From: the human T2T-CHM13v2.0 reference genome, Homo sapiens
Assembly (NCBI RefSeq): GCF_009914755.1
Contig: NC_060939.1
DNA: 64,000 bases
Direction: 5' to 3' (one strand)
Made by a program: the position numbers and the translations under genes. Under the pieces are notes generated by a model. That model had not been told where the DNA came from. It ran no database searches and worked only from the letters and a program-made list of their open reading frames with translations. Below, piece by piece: positions 27,401 to 43,640 of this stretch (positions are counted from its first letter, which is position 1; the number at the start of each line of letters is the position of its first letter).

Positions 27401-30400
27401 TTCCATTCGATTCCATTCGAATCCATTCCATTCCAGTCCATTCCATTCGATTCCATTCCATTCCTTTCAATTCCATTCCATTCCATTCCATTACATTCCA
27501 CTTGATTCCTCTCCATTCCCTTCCACTGCATTCCGTTCGATTCCATTCCATTGCATTGCATTCCATTCCATTGGATTGCATTCCATTCGATTCCATTCCA
27601 TTCGAATCAATTACATAGCAATCCATTACATTCGAGTCTATTCTCTTCCGTTCCATTCGATTTCGTTCCAATCCATTCGATTCCATTCCATTCGATTCCA
27701 TTCCATACTATTGCATTCCATTCGATTACATTATATTCGAATAAGTTCCATTCAAGACCATTTCTTTTGAGTCCATTCTATTTGAGTCCATTCCCTTTGA
27801 TTCCATAACATTTGAGTCCATTCAATTCCATTCCTTTCGTTTCCATTCCATTTGATGCCATTCCATTCAATTCTGTTCTACTCGACTCCAATACATTCAA
27901 TTCCATTCCATCCGATTCCATTACATTCTTTTCATTTCTTATCCATTTCAAGCCATTCCACTCCATTCCATTCCACTCGTTTCCTTTCCATTCGAGTCCA
28001 TTCCTCTCCAGTCCATTCCGTTCAATCCATTCCATTCCAGTCCATTCCATTCGAGTCCGTTCCATTCCAGTCCATTCCATTCGAGTCAATTCCATTCCAT
28101 TCGATGTCTTTCCATAACGATCCATTCCATTCTATTCCTTTCGATTCCATTCCATTCTATTTCATTCCATTCGATTCCCTTCCATTGGACTCCTTTCCAT
28201 TCGAGTGCATTCCATTCCGTTCCATTTCTTTCCGTTCTGTACGATTCCTACCGTTCGATTTCATTTTGTTCCAGTCCATTCTTTCGCGTCCATTCCATTC
28301 CATTTCACTCCATTCGATTCCATTCCACTCGATTCCACTTCGTTCCATTTCATTGCATTCCATTCTATTCAACTCTATTGCCTTCCATTCCATTCCATTC
28401 GATTACATTCCATGCGATTCCATTCGAAATCGAATCAATTACATTGCAATCCATTACTATTGAGTCCGTTTTATTCCAGTCCACTGCATTCTGGTCCATT
28501 CCATTTGATTCCATTCCATTCTATTCCATTCCATACAGTTGCATTCCATTGGATTCCATGCTATATCTATAAATTCAATTCGAGACCATTGCTTTTGAGT
28601 CCATTCTATATGATTCCATTCCATTCAAGTCCATTACATTTGGTTAAATTCCATTCCATTCGGTTCAATTCCATTCCATTCCATTCCCTTCCATTCCATT
28701 CCAGTTGATATCAATCCATTCGATTCCATTCCATTCGAGCACATTCCATTCGAGTCCATTCCATTCGATGCCATTCCATTTGATTCTATTCCATTAGTCT
28801 CCATTCAATTCCATTAATCTCCATTCCATTCCATTCTACTCCAACTGATTCCATTCCATTCTATTCCTTTCCATTCCATTTCATTCCATTCCATTCCATT
28901 CCATTCCATTCCATTCCATTCGTGTCCATTCCACTCCAGTCCATTCCATTCGTATTCATTCCATTCCAGTCCATTCCATTTGTGTCCACTGCATTCCATT
29001 CCACTCCATTCCATATTATTCCATTACACTCCATTCCATTCTATTACTTTCATTTCCATTCAATTCCATTCCATTTGATTCCATTCCACTCGGTTTCATT
29101 CCATTTGAGTCCACTCCATTCCATTCCATTCCATTCAGTTCCATTCCATTCTGTTCCATTCCATTCCGTTCCATTACATTCCATTCCATTCGGTACCATT
29201 CCATATTGTTCCATTCGATTCCATTCGAATCCATTCCATTCCAGTCCATTCCATTCGATTCCATTCCATTCATTTCAATTCCATTCCATTCCATTCCATT
29301 ACATTCCACTTGATTCCTCTCCATTCCCTTCCACTGCATTCCGTTCGATTCCATTCCATTGCATTGCATTCCATTCCATTGGATTGCATTCCATTCGATT
29401 CCATTCCATTCAAATCAATTACATAGCAATCCATTACATTCGAGTCTATTCTCTTCCGTTCCATTCGATTTCGTTCCAATCCATTCGATTCCATTCCATT
29501 CGATTCCATTCCATACTATTGCATTCCATTCGATTACATTATATTCGAATAATTTCCATTCAAGACCATTTCATTTGAGTCCATTCTATTTGAGTCCATT
29601 CCCTTTGATTCCATAACATTTGAGTCCATTCAATTCCATTCCTTTCGTTTCCATTCCATTTGATGCCATTCCATTCAATTCTGTTCTACTCGACTCCAAT
29701 ACATTCAATTCCATTCCATCCGATTCCATTACATTCTTTTCATTTCTTATCCATTTCAAGCCATTCCACTCCATTCCATTCCACTCGTTTCCTTTCCATT
29801 CGAGTCCATTCCTCTCCAGTCCATTCCGTTCAATCCATTCCATTCCAGTCCATTCCATTCGAGTCCGTTCCATTCCAGTCCATTCCATTCGAGTCAATTC
29901 CATTCCATTCGATGTCTTTCCATAACGATCCATTCCATTCTATTCCTTTCGATTCCATTCCATTCTATTTCATTCCATTCGATTCCCTTCCATTGGACTC
30001 CTTTCCATTCGAGTGCATTCCATTCCGTTCCATTTCTTTCCGTTCTGTACGATTCCTACCGTTCGATTTCATTTTGTTCCAGTCCATTCTTTCGCGTCCA
30101 TTCCATTCCATTTCACTCCATTCGATTCCATTCCACTCGATTCCACTTCGTTCCATTTCATTGCATTCCATTCTATTCAACTCTATTGCCTTCCATTCCA
30201 TTCCATTCGATTACATTCCATGCGATTCCATTCGAAATCGAATCAATTACATTGCAATCCATTACTATTGAGTCCGTTTTATTCCAGTCCACTGCATTCT
30301 GGTCCATTCCATTTGATTCCATTCCATTCTATTCCATTCCATACAGTTGCATTCCATTGGATTCCATGCTATATCTATAAATTCAATTCGAGACCATTGC

Positions 30401-32089
30401 TTTTGAGTCCATTTTATATGATTCCATTCCATTCAAGTCCATTACATTTGGTTAAATTCCATTCCATTCGGTTCAATTCCATTCCATTCCATTCCCTTCC
30501 ATTCCATTCCAGTTGATATCAATCCATTCGATTCCATTCCATTCGAGCACATTCCATTCGAGTCCATTCCATTCGATGCCATTCCATTTGATTCTATTCC
30601 ATTAGTCTCCATTCAATTCCATTAATCTCCATTCCATTCCATTCTACTCCAACTGATTCCATTCCATTCTATTCCTTTCCATTCCATTTCATTCCATTCC
30701 ATTCCATTCCATTCCATTCCATTCCATTCCATTCGTGTCCATTCCACTCCAGTCCATTCCATTCGTATCCATTCCATTCCAGTCCATTCCATTTGTGTCC
30801 ACTGCATTCCATTCCACTCCATTCCATATTATTCCATTACACTCCATTGCATTCTATTACTTTCATTTCCATTCAATTCCATTCCATTTGATTCCATTCC
30901 ACTCGGTTTCATTCCATTTGAGTCCACTCCATTCCATTCCATTCCATTCAGTTCCATTCCATTCTGTTCCATTCCATTCCGTTCCATTACATTCCATTCC
31001 ATTCGGTACCATTCCATATTGTTCCATTCGATTCCATTCGAATCCATTCCATTCCAGTCCATTCCATTCGATTCCATTCCATTCATTTCAATTCCATTCC
31101 ATTCCATTCCATTACATTCCACTTGATTCCTCTCCATTCCCTTCCACTGCATTCCGTTCGATTCCATTCCATTGCATTGCATTCCATTCCATTGGATTGC
31201 ATTCCATTCGATTCCATTCCATTCGAATCAATTACATAGCAATCCATTACATTCGAGTCTATTCTCTTCCGTTCCATTCGATTTCGTTCCAATCCATTCG
31301 ATTCCATTCCATTCGATTCCATTCCATACTATTGCATTCCATTCGATTACATTATATTCGAATAAGTTCCATTCAAGACCATTTCTTTTGAGTCCATTCT
31401 ATTTGAGTCCATTCCCTTTGATTCCATAACATTTGAGTCCATTCAATTCCATTCCTTTCGTTTCCATTCCATTTGATGCCATTCCATTCAATTCTGTTCT
31501 ACTCGACTCCAATACATTCAATTCCATTCCATCCGATTCCATTACATTCTTTTCATTTCTTATCCATTTCAAGCCATTCCACTCCATTCCATTCCACTCG
31601 TTTCCTTTCCATTCGAGTCCATTCCTCTCCAGTCCATTCCGTTCAATCCATTCCATTCCAGTCCATTCCATTCGAGTCCGTTCCATTCCAGTCCATTCCA
31701 TTCGAGTCAATTCCATCCCATTCGATGTCTTTCCATAACGATCCATTCCATTCTATTCCTTTCGATTCCATTCCATTCTATTTCATTCCATTCGATTCCC
31801 TTCCATTGGACTCCTTTCCATTCGAGTGCATTCCATTCCGTTCCATTTCTTTCCGTTCTGTACGATTCCTACCGTTCGATTTCATTTTGTTCCAGTCCAT
31901 TCCTTTCGCGTCCATTCCATTCCATTTCACTCCATTCGATTCCATTCCACTCGATTCCACTTCGTTCCATTTCATTGCATTCCATTCTATTCAACTCTAT
32001 TGCCTTCCATTCCATTCCATTCGATTACATTCCATGCGATTCCATTCGAAATCGAATCAATTACATTGCAATCCATTACTATTGAGTCC

Positions 32090-33670
32090 ATTTTATTCCA
32101 GTCCACTGCATTCTGGTCCATTCCATTTGATTCCATTCCATTCTATTCCATTCCATACAGTTGCATTCCATTGGATTCCATTGTATATCTATAAATTCAA
32201 TTCGAGACCATTGCTTTTGAGTCCATTCTATATGATTCCATTCCATTCAAGTCCATTACATTTGGTTGAATTCCATTCCATTCCATTCCCATCCATTCCA
32301 TTCCAGTTGATATCAATCCATTCGATTCCATTCCATTCGAGCACATTCCATTCGAGTCCATTCCATTCGATGATATTCCATTTGATTCTATTCCATTAGT
32401 CTCCATTCAATTCCATTAATCTCCATTCCATTCCATTCTACTCCAACTGATTCCATTCCATTCTATTCCTTTCCATTCCATTTCATTCCATTCCATTCCA
32501 TTTCATTCCATTCCATTCCATTCCATTCCATTCGCTTCCATTCCATTCGTGTCCATTGCATTCCAGTCCATTCCATTTGTGTCCACTGCATTCCATTCCA
32601 CTCCATTCCATATTATTCCATTACACTCCATTCCATTCTATTACTTTCATTTCCATTGAATTCCATTCCATTTGATTCCATTCCACTCGGTTTCATTCCA
32701 TTTGAGTCCACTCCACTCCATTCCATTCCATTCCATTCCATTCAGTTCCATTCCATTCTGTTCCATTCCATTCCGTTCCATTGCATTCCATTCCATTCGG
32801 TACCATTCCATATTGTTCCATTCGATTCCATTCGAATCCATTCCATTCCAGTCCATTCCATTCGATTCCATTCCATTCCTTTCAATTCCATTCCATTCCA
32901 TTCCATTCCACTTGATTCCACTCCATTCCCTTCCACTGCATTCCATTGCATTGCATTCCATTCCATTGGACTGCATTCCATTCGATTCCATTCCATTCGA
33001 ATCAATTACATAGCAATCCATTACATTCGAGTCTATTCTATTCCGTTCCATTCGATTTCGTTCCAATCCATTCGATTCCATTCCATTCGATTCCATTCCA
33101 TACTATTGCATTCCATTCTATTACATTATATTCGAATAAGTTCCATTCAAGACCATTTCTTTTGAGTCCATTCTATTTGAGTCCATTCCCTTTGATTCCA
33201 TAACATTTGAGTCCATTCAATTCCATTCCTTTCGTTTCCATTCCATTTGATGCCATTCCATTCAATTCTGTTCTACTCGACTCCAATACATTCAATTCCA
33301 TTCCATCCGATTCCATTACATTCTTTTCATTTCTTATCCATTTCAAGCCATTCCACTCCATTCCATTCCACTCGTTTCCTTTCCATTCGAGTCCATTCCT
33401 CTCCAGTCCATTCCGTTCAATCCATTCCATTCCAGTCCATTCCATTCGAGTCCGTTCCATTCCAGTCCATTCCATTCGAGTCAATTCCATCCCATTCGAT
33501 GTCTTTCCATAACGATCCATTCCATTCTATTCCTTTCGATTCCATTCCATTCTATTTCATTCCATTCGATTCCCTTCCATTGGACTCCTTTCTATTCGAG
33601 TGCATTCCATTCCGTTCCATTTCTTTCCGTTCTGTACGATTCCTACCGTTCGATTTCATTTTCTTCCAGG
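32090..33670 (+). repeat. Diverged subtype C segment, copy 1
   Basis: Private states GAGTCCATTTT, TTGTATATC, CGCTTCC, CCATTGAATTCC, ACTCCACTCC, GGACTGC, CTATTACATTAT and a 15-bp deletion after CCACTGCATTCC. Gives the distinctive 149 aa/113 aa ORF set. Confidence 0.85.
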
Positions 33671-35944
33671 CCATTCTTTCGCGTCCATTCCATTCCATTT
33701 CACTCCATTCGATTCCATTCCACTCGATTCCACTTCGTTCCATTTCATTGCATTCCATTCTATTCAACTCTATTGCCTTCCATTCCATTCCATTCGATTA
33801 CATTCGATGCGATTCCATTCGAAATCGAATCAATTACATTGCAATCCATTACTATTGAGTCCGTTTTATTCCAGTCCACTGCATTCTGGTCCATTCCATT
33901 TGATTCCATTCCATTCTATTCCATTCCATACAGTTGCATTCCATTGGATTCCATGCTATATCTATAAATTCAATTCGAGACCATTGCTTTTGAGTCCATT
34001 CTATATGATTCCATTCCATTCAAGTCCATTACATTTGGTTAAATTCCATTCCATTCGGTTCAATTCCATTCCATTCCATTCCCTTCCATTCCATTCCAGT
34101 TGATATCAATCCATTCGATTCCATTCCATTCGAGCACATTCCATTCGAGTCCATTCCATTCGATGCCATTCCATTTGATTCTATTCCATTAGTCTCCATT
34201 CAATTCCATTAATCTCCATTCCATTCCATTCTACTCCAACTGATTCCATTCCATTCTATTCCTTTCCATTCCATTTCATTCCATTCCATTCCATTCCATT
34301 CCATTCCATTCCATTCCATTCGTGTCCATTCCACTCCAGTCCATTCCATTCGTATCCATTCCATTCCAGTCCATTCCATTTGTGTCCACTGCATTCCATT
34401 CCACTCCATTCCATATTATTCCATTACACTCCATTCCATTCTATTACTTTCATTTCCATTCAATTCCATTCCATTTGATTCCATTCCACTCGGTTTCATT
34501 CCATTTGAGTCCACTCCATTCCATTCCATTCCATTCAGTTCCATTCGATTCTGTTCCATTCCATTCCGTTCCGTTACATTCCATTCCATTCGGTACCATT
34601 CCATATTGTTCCATTCGATTCCATTCGAATCCATTCCATTCCAGTCCATTCCATTCGATTCCATTCCATTCATTTCAATTCCATTCCATTCCATTCCATT
34701 ACATTCCACTTGATTCCTCTCCATTCCCTTCCACTGCATTCCGTTCGATTCCATTCCATTGCATTGCATTCCATTCCATTGGATTGCATTCCATTCGATT
34801 CCATTCCATTCGAATCAGTTACATAGCAATCCATTACATTCGAGTCTATTCTCTTCCGTTCCATTCGATTTCGTTCCAATCCATTCGATTCCATTCCATT
34901 CGATTCCATTCCATACTATTGCATTCCATTCCATTACATTATATTCGAATAAGTTCCATTCAAGACCATTTCTTTTGAGTCCATTCTATTTGAGTCCATT
35001 CCCTTTGATTCCATAACATTTGAGTCCATTCAATTCCATTCCTTTCGTTTCCATTCCATTTGATGCCATTCCATTCAATTCTGTTCTACTCGACTCCAAT
35101 ACATTCAATTCCATTCCATCCGATTCCATTACATTCTTTTCATTTCTTATCCATTTCAAGCCATTCCACTCCATTCCATTCCACTCGTTTCCTTTCCATT
35201 CGAGTCCATTCCTCTCCAGTCCATTCCGTTCAATCCATTCCATTCCAGTCCATTCCATTCGAGTCCGTTCCATTCCAGTCCATTCCATTCGAGTCAATTC
35301 CATCCCATTCGATGTCTTTCCTTAACGATCCATTCCATTCTATTCCTTTCGATTCCATTCCATTCTATTTCATTCCATTCGATTCCCTTCCATTGGACTC
35401 CTTTCCATTCGAGTGCATTCCATTCCGTTCCATTTCTTTCCGTTCTGTACGATTCCTACCGTTCGATTTCATTTTGTTCCAGTCCATTCTTTCGCGTCCA
35501 TTCCATTCCATTTCACTCCATTCGATTCCATTCCACTCGATTCCACTTCGTTCCATTTCATTGCATTCCATTCTATTCAACTCTATTGCCTTCCATTCCA
35601 TTCCATTCGATTACATTCCATGCGATTCCATTCGAAATCGAATCAATTACATTGCAATCCATTACTATTGAGTCCGTTTTATTCCAGTCCACTGCATTCT
35701 GGTCCATTCCATTTGATTCCATTCCATTCTATTCCATTCCATACAGTTGCATTCCATTGGATTCCATGCTATATCTATAAATTCAATTCGAGACCATTCC
35801 TTTTGAGTCCATTCTATATGATTCCATTCCATTCAAGTCCATTACATTTGGTTAAATTCCATTCCATTCGGTTCAATTCCATTCCATTCCATTCACTTCC
35901 ATTCCATTCCAGTTGATATCAATCCATTCGATTCCATTCCCTTC

Positions 35945-38900
35945 GAGCACATTCCATTCGAGTCCATTCCATTCGATGCCATTCCATTTGATTCTATTCC
36001 ATTAGTCTCCATTCAATTCCATTAATCTCCATTCCATTCCATTCTACTCCAACTGATTCCATTCCATTCTATTCCTTTCCATTCCATTTCATTCCATTCC
36101 ATTCCATTCCATTCGTGTCCATTCCACTCCAGTCCATTCCATTCGTATCCATTCCATTCCAGTCCATTCCATTTGTGTCCAATGCATTCCATTCCACTCC
36201 ATTCCACATTATTCCATTACACTCCATTCCATTCTATTACTTTCATTTCCATTCAATTCCATTCCATTTGATTCCATTCCACTCGGTTTCATTCCATTTG
36301 AGTCCACTCCATTCCATTCCATTCCATTCAGTTCCATTCCATTCTGTTCCATTCCATTCCGTTCCATTACATTCCATTCCATTCGGTACCATTCCATATT
36401 GTTCCATTCGATTCCATTCGAATCCATTCCATTCCAGTCCATTCCATTCGATTCCATTCCATTCATTTCAATTCCATTCCATTCCATTCCATTACATTCC
36501 ACTTGATTCCTCTCCATTCCCTTCCACTGCATTCCGTTCGATTCCATTCCATTGCATTGCATTCCATTCCATTGGATTGCATTCCATTCGATTCCATTCC
36601 ATTCGAATCAATTACATAGCAATCCATTACATTCGAGTCTATTCTCTTCCGTTCCATTCGATTTCGTTCCAATCCATTCGATTCCATTCCATTCGATTCC
36701 ATTCCATACTATTGCATTCCATTCGATTACATTATATTCGAATAAGTTCCATTCAAGACCATTTCTTTTGAGTCCATTCTATTTGAGTCCATTCCCTTTG
36801 ATTCCATAACATTTGAGTCCATTCAATTCCATTCCTTTCGTTTCCATTCCATTTGATGCCATTCCATTCAATTCTGTTCTACTCGACTCCAATACATTCA
36901 ATTCCATTCCTTCCGATTCCATTACATTCTTTTCATTTCTTATCCATTTCAAGCCATTCCACTCCATTCCATTCCACTCGTTTCCTTTCCATTCGAGTCC
37001 ATTCCTCTCCAGTCCATTCCGTTCAATCCATTCCATTCCAGTCCATTCCATTCGAGTCCGTTCCATTCCAGTCCATTCCATTCGAGTCAATTCCATCCCA
37101 TTCGATGTCTTTCCATAACGATCCATTCCATTCTATTCCTTTCGATTCCATTCCATTCTATTTCATTCCATTCGATTCCCTTCCATTGGACTCCTTTCCA
37201 TTGGAGTGCATTCCATTCCGTTCCATTTCTTTCCGTTCTGTACGATTCCTACCGTTCGATTTCATTTTGTTCCAGTCCATTCTTTCGCGTCCATTCCATT
37301 CCATTTCACTCCATTCGATTCCATTCCACTCGATTCCACTTCGTTCCATTTCATTGCATTCCATTCTATTCAACTCTATTGCCTTCCATTCCATTCCATT
37401 CGATTACATTCCATGCGATTCCATTCGAAATCGAATCAATTACATTGCAATCCATTACTATTGAGTCCGTTTTATTCCAGTCCACTGCATTCTGGTCCAT
37501 TCCATTTGATTCCATTCCATTCTATTCCATTCCATACAGTTGCATTCCATTGGATTCCATGCTATATCTATAAATTCAATTCGAGACCATTGCTTTTGAG
37601 TCCATTCTATATGATTCCATTCCATTCAAGTCCATTACATTTGGTTAAATTCCATTCCATTCGGTTCAATTCCATTCCATTCCATTCCCTTCCATTCCAT
37701 TCCAGTTGATATCAATCCATTCGATTCCATTCCATTCGAGCACATTCCATTCGAATCCATTCCATTCGATGCCATTCCATTTGATTCTATTCCATTAGTC
37801 TCCATTCAATTCCATTAATCTCCATTCCATTCCATTCTACTCCAACTGATTCCATTCCATTCTATTCCTTTCCATTCCATTTCATTCCATTCCATTCCAT
37901 TCCATTCGTGTCCATTCCACTCCAGTCCATTCCATTCGTATCCATTCCATTCCAGTCCATTCCATTTGTGTCCACTGCATTCCATTCCACTCCATTCCAT
38001 ATTATTCCATTACACTCCATTCCATTCTATTACTTTCATTTCCATTCAATTCCATTCCATTTGATTCCATTCCACTCGGTTTCATTCCATTTGAGTCCAC
38101 TCCATTCCATTCCATTCCATTCAGTTCCATTCCATTCTGTTCCATTCCATTCCGTTCCATTACATTCCATTCCATTCGGTACCATTCCATATTGTTCCAT
38201 TCGATTCCATTCGAATCCATTCCATTCCAGTCCATTCCATTCGATTCCATTCCATTCCTTTCAATTCCATTCCATTCCATTCCATTACATTCCACTTGAT
38301 TCCTCTCCATTCCCTTCCACTGCATTCCGTTCGATTCCATTCCATTGCATTGCATTCCATTCCATTGGATTGCATTCCATTCGATTCCATTCCATTCGAA
38401 TCAATTACATAGCAATCCATTACATTCGAGTCTATTCTCTTCCGTTCCATTCGATTTCGTTCCAATCCATTCGATTCCATTCCATTCGATTCCATTCCAT
38501 ACTATTGCATTCCATTCGATTACATTATATTCGAATAAGTTCCATTCAAGACCATTTCTTTTGAGTCCATTCTATTTGAGTCCATTCCCTTTGATTCCAT
38601 AACATTTGAGTCCATTCAATTCCATTCCTTTCGTTTCCATTCCATTTGATGCCATTCCATTCAATTCTGTTCTACTCGACTCCAATACATTCAATTCCAT
38701 TCCTTCCGATTCCATTACATTCTTTTCATTTCTTATCCATTTCAAGCCATTCCACTCCATTCCATTCCACTCGTTTCCTTTCCATTCGAGTCCATTCCTC
38801 TCCAGTCCATTCCGTTCAATCCATTCCATTCCAGTCCATTCCATTCGAGTCCGTTCCATTCCAGTCCATTCCATTCGAGTCAATTCCATCCCATTCGATG

Positions 38901-41900
38901 TCTTTCCATAACGATCCATTCCATTCTATTCCTTTCGATTCCATTCCATTCTATTTCATTCCATTCGATTCCCTTCCATTGGACTCCTTTCCATTGGAGT
39001 GCATTCCATTCCGTTCCATTTCTTTCCGTTCTGTACGATTCCTACCGTTCGATTTCATTTTGTTCCAGTCCATTCTTTCGCGTCCATTCCATTCCATTTC
39101 ACTCCATTCGATTCCATTCCACTCGATTCCACTTCGTTCCATTTCATTGCATTCCATTCTATTCAACTCTATTGCCTTCCATTCCATTCCATTCGATTAC
39201 ATTCCATGCGATTCCATTCGAAATCGAATCAATTACATTGCAATCCATTACTATTGAGTCCGTTTTATTCCAGTCCACTGCATTCTGGTCCATTCCATTT
39301 GATTCCATTCCATTCTATTCCATTCCATACAGTTGCATTCCATTGGATTCCATGCTATATCTATAAATTCAATTCGAGACCATTGCTTTTGAGTCCATTC
39401 TATATGATTCCATTCCATTCAAGTCCATTACATTTGGTTAAATTCCATTCCATTCGGTTCAATTCCATTCCATTCCATTCCCTTCCATTCCATTCCAGTT
39501 GATATCAATCCATTCGATTCCATTCCATTCGAGCACATTCCATTCGAGTCCATTCCATTCGATGCCATTCCATTTGATTCTATTCCATTAGTCTCCATTC
39601 AATTCCATTAATCTCCATTCCATTCCATTCTACTCCAACTGATTCCATTCCATTCTATTCCTTTCCATTCCATTTCATTCCATTCCATTCCATTCCATTC
39701 GTGTCCATTCCACTCCAGTCCATTCCATTCGTATCCATTCCATTCCAGTCCATTCCATTTGTGTCCACTGCATTCCATTCCACTCCATTCCATATTATTC
39801 CATTACACTCCATTCCATTCTATTACTTTCATTTCCATTCAATTCCATTCCATTTGATTCCATTCCACTCGGTTTCATTCCATTTGAGTCCACTCCATTC
39901 CATTCCATTCCATTCAGTTCCATTCCATTCTGTTCCATTCCATTCCGTTCCATTACATTCCATTCCATTCGGTACCATTCCATATTGTTCCATTCGATTC
40001 CATTCGAATCCATTCCATTCCAGTCCATTCCATTCGATTCCATTCCATTCCTTTCAATTCCATTCCATTCCATTCCATTACATTCCACTTGATTCCTCTC
40101 CATTCCCTTCCACTGCATTCCGTTCGATTCCATTCCATTGCATTGCATTCCATTCCATTGGATTGCATTCCATTCGATTCCATTCCATTCGAATCAATTA
40201 CATAGCAATCCATTACATTCGAGTCTATTCTCTTCCGTTCCATTCGATTTCGTTCCAATCCATTCGATTCCATTCCATTCGATTCCATTCCATACTATTG
40301 CATTCCATTCGATTACATTATATTCGAATAAGTTCCATTCAAGACCATTTCTTTTGAGTCCATTCTATTTGAGTCCATTCCCTTTGATTCCATAACATTT
40401 GAGTCCATTCAATTCCATTCCTTTCGTTTCCATTCCATTTGATGCCATTCCATTCAATTCTGTTCTACTCGACTCCAATACATTCAATTCCATTCCATCC
40501 GATTCCATTACATTCTTTTCATTTCTTATCCATTTCAAGCCATTCCACTCCATTCCATTCCACTCGTTTCCTTTCCATTCGAGTCCATTCCTCTCCAGTC
40601 CATTCCGTTCAATCCATTCCATTCCAGTCCATTCCATTCGAGTCCGTTCCATTCCAGTCCATTCCATTCGAGTCAATTCCATCCCATTCGATGTCTTTCC
40701 ATAACGATCCATTCCATTCTATTCCTTTCGATTCCATTCCATTCTATTTCATTCCATTCGATTCCCTTCCATTGGACTCCTTTCCATTGGAGTGCATTCC
40801 ATTCCGTTCCATTTCTTTCCGTTCTGTACGATTCCTACCGTTCGATTTCATTTTGTTCCAGTCCATTCTTTCGCGTCCATTCCATTCCATTTCACTCCAT
40901 TCGATTCCATTCCACTCGATTCCACTTCGTTCCATTTCATTGCATTCCATTCTATTCAACTCTATTGCCTTCCATTCCATTCCATTCGATTACATTCCAT
41001 GTGATTCCATTCGAAATCGAATCAATTACATTGCAATCCATTACTATTGAGTCCGTTTTATTCCAGTCCACTGCATTCTGGTCCATTCCATTTGATTCCA
41101 TTCCATTCTATTCCATTCCATACAGTTGCATTCCATTGGATTCCATGCTATATCTATAAATTCAATTCGAGACCATTGCTTTTGAGTCCATTCTATATGA
41201 TTCCATTCCATTCAAGTCCATTACATTTGGTTAAATTCCATTCCATTCGGTTCAATTCCATTCCATTCCATTCCCTTCCATTCCATTCCAGTTGATATCA
41301 ATCCATTCGATTCCATTCCATTCGAGCACATTCCATTCGAGTCCATTCCATTCGATGCCATTCCATTTGATTCTATTCCATTAGTCTCCATTCAATTCCA
41401 TTAATCTCCATTCCATTCCATTCTACTCCAACTGATTCCATTCCATTCTATTCCTTTCCATTCCATTTCATTCCATTCCATTCCATTCCATTCGTGTCCA
41501 TTCCACTCCAGTCCATTCCATTCGTATCCATTCCATTCCAGTCCATTCTATTTGTGTCCACTGCATTCCATTCCACTCCATTCCATATTATTCCATTACA
41601 CTCCATTCCATTCTATTACTTTCATTTCCATTCAATTCCATTCCATTTGATTCCATTCCACTCGGTTTCATTCCATTTGAGTCCACTCCATTCCATTCCA
41701 TTCCATTCAGTTCCATTCCATTCTGTTCCATTCCATTCCGTTCCATTACATTCCATTCCATTCGGTACCATTCCATATTGTTCCATTCGATTCCATTCGA
41801 ATCCATTCCATTCCAGTCCATTCCATTCGATTCCATTCCATTCCTTTCAATTCCATTCCATTCCATTCCATTACATTCCACTTGATTCCTCTCCATTCCC

Positions 41901-43640
41901 TTCCACTGCATTCCGTTCGATTCCATTCCATTGCATTGCATTCCATTCCATTGGATTGCATTCCATTCGATTCCATTCCATTCGAATCAATTACATAGCA
42001 ATCCATTACATTCGAGTCTATTCTCTTCCGTTCCATTCGATTTCGTTCCAATCCATTCGATTCCATTCCATTCGATTCCATTCCATACTATTGCATTCCA
42101 TTCGATTACATTATATTCGAATAAGTTCCATTCAAGACCATTTCTTTTGAGTCCATTCTATTTGAGTCCATTCCCTTTGATTCCATAACATTTGAGTCCA
42201 TTCAATTCCATTCCTTTCGTTTCCATTCCATTTGATGCCATTCCATTCAATTCTGTTCTACTCGACTCCAATACATTCAATTCCATTCCATCCGATTCCA
42301 TTACATTCTTTTCATTTCTTATCCATTTCAAGCCATTCCACTCCATTCCATTCCACTCGTTTCCTTTCCATTCGAGTCCATTCCTCTCCAGTCCATTCCG
42401 TTCAATCCATTCCATTCCAGTCCATTCCATTCGAGTCCGTTCCATTCCAGTCCATTCCATTCGAGTCAATTCCATCCCATTCGATGTCTTTCCATAACGA
42501 TCCATTCCATTCTATTCCTTTCGATTCCATTCCATTCTATTTCATTCCATTCGATTCCCTTCCATTGGACTCCTTTCCATTGGAGTGCATTCCATTCCGT
42601 TCCATTTCTTTCCGTTCTGTACGATTCCTACCGTTCGATTTCATTTTGTTCCAGTCCATTCTTTCGCGTCCATTCCATTCCATTTCACTCCATTCGATTC
42701 CATTCCACTCGATTCCACTTCGTTCCATTTCATTGCATTCCATTCTATTCAACTCTATTGCCTTCCATTCCATTCCATTCGATTACATTCCATGCGATTC
42801 CATTCGAAATCGAATCAATTACATTGCAATCCATTACTATTGAGTCCGTTTTATTCCAGTCCACTGCATTCTGGTCCATTCCATTTGATTCCATTCCATT
42901 CTATTCCATTCCATACAGTTGCATTCCATTGGATTCCATGCTATATCTATAAATTCAATTCGAGACCATTGCTTTTGAGTCCATTCTATATGATTCCATT
43001 CCATTCAAGTCCATTACATTTGGTTAAATTCCATTCCATTCGGTTCAATTCCATTCCATTCCATTCCCTTCCATTCCATTCCAGTTGATATCAATCCATT
43101 CGATTCCATTCCATTCGAGCACATTCCATTCGAGTCCATTCCATTCGATGCCATTCCATTTGATTCTATTCCATTAGTCTCCATTCAATTCCATTAATCT
43201 CCATTCCATTCCATTCTACTCCAACTGATTCCATTCCATTCTATTCCTTTCCATTCCATTTCATTCCATTCCATTCCATTCCATTCGTGTCCATTCCACT
43301 CCAGTCCATTCCATTCGTATCCATTCCATTCCAGTCCATTCCATTTGTGTCCACTGCATTCCATTCCACTCCATTCCATATTATTCCATTACACTCCATT
43401 CCATTCTATTACTTTCATTTCCATTCAATTCCATTCCATTTGATTCCATTCCACTCGGTTTCATTCCATTTGAGTCCACTCCATTCCATTCCATTCCATT
43501 CAGTTCCATTCCATTCTGTTCCATTCCATTCCGTTCCATTACATTCCATTCCATTCGGTACCATTCCATATTGTTCCATTCGATTCCATTCGAATCCATT
43601 CCATTCCAGTCCATTCCATTCGATTCCATTCCATTCCTTT
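35945..43640 (+). repeat. Homogeneous run of 1793-bp subtype B units (units 21-24 and start of 25)
   Basis: Four consecutive 1793-bp periods sharing a CATTC run 15 bp shorter than in 1808-bp units, CATCCC and CCATTGGAGTG. Confidence 0.85.
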
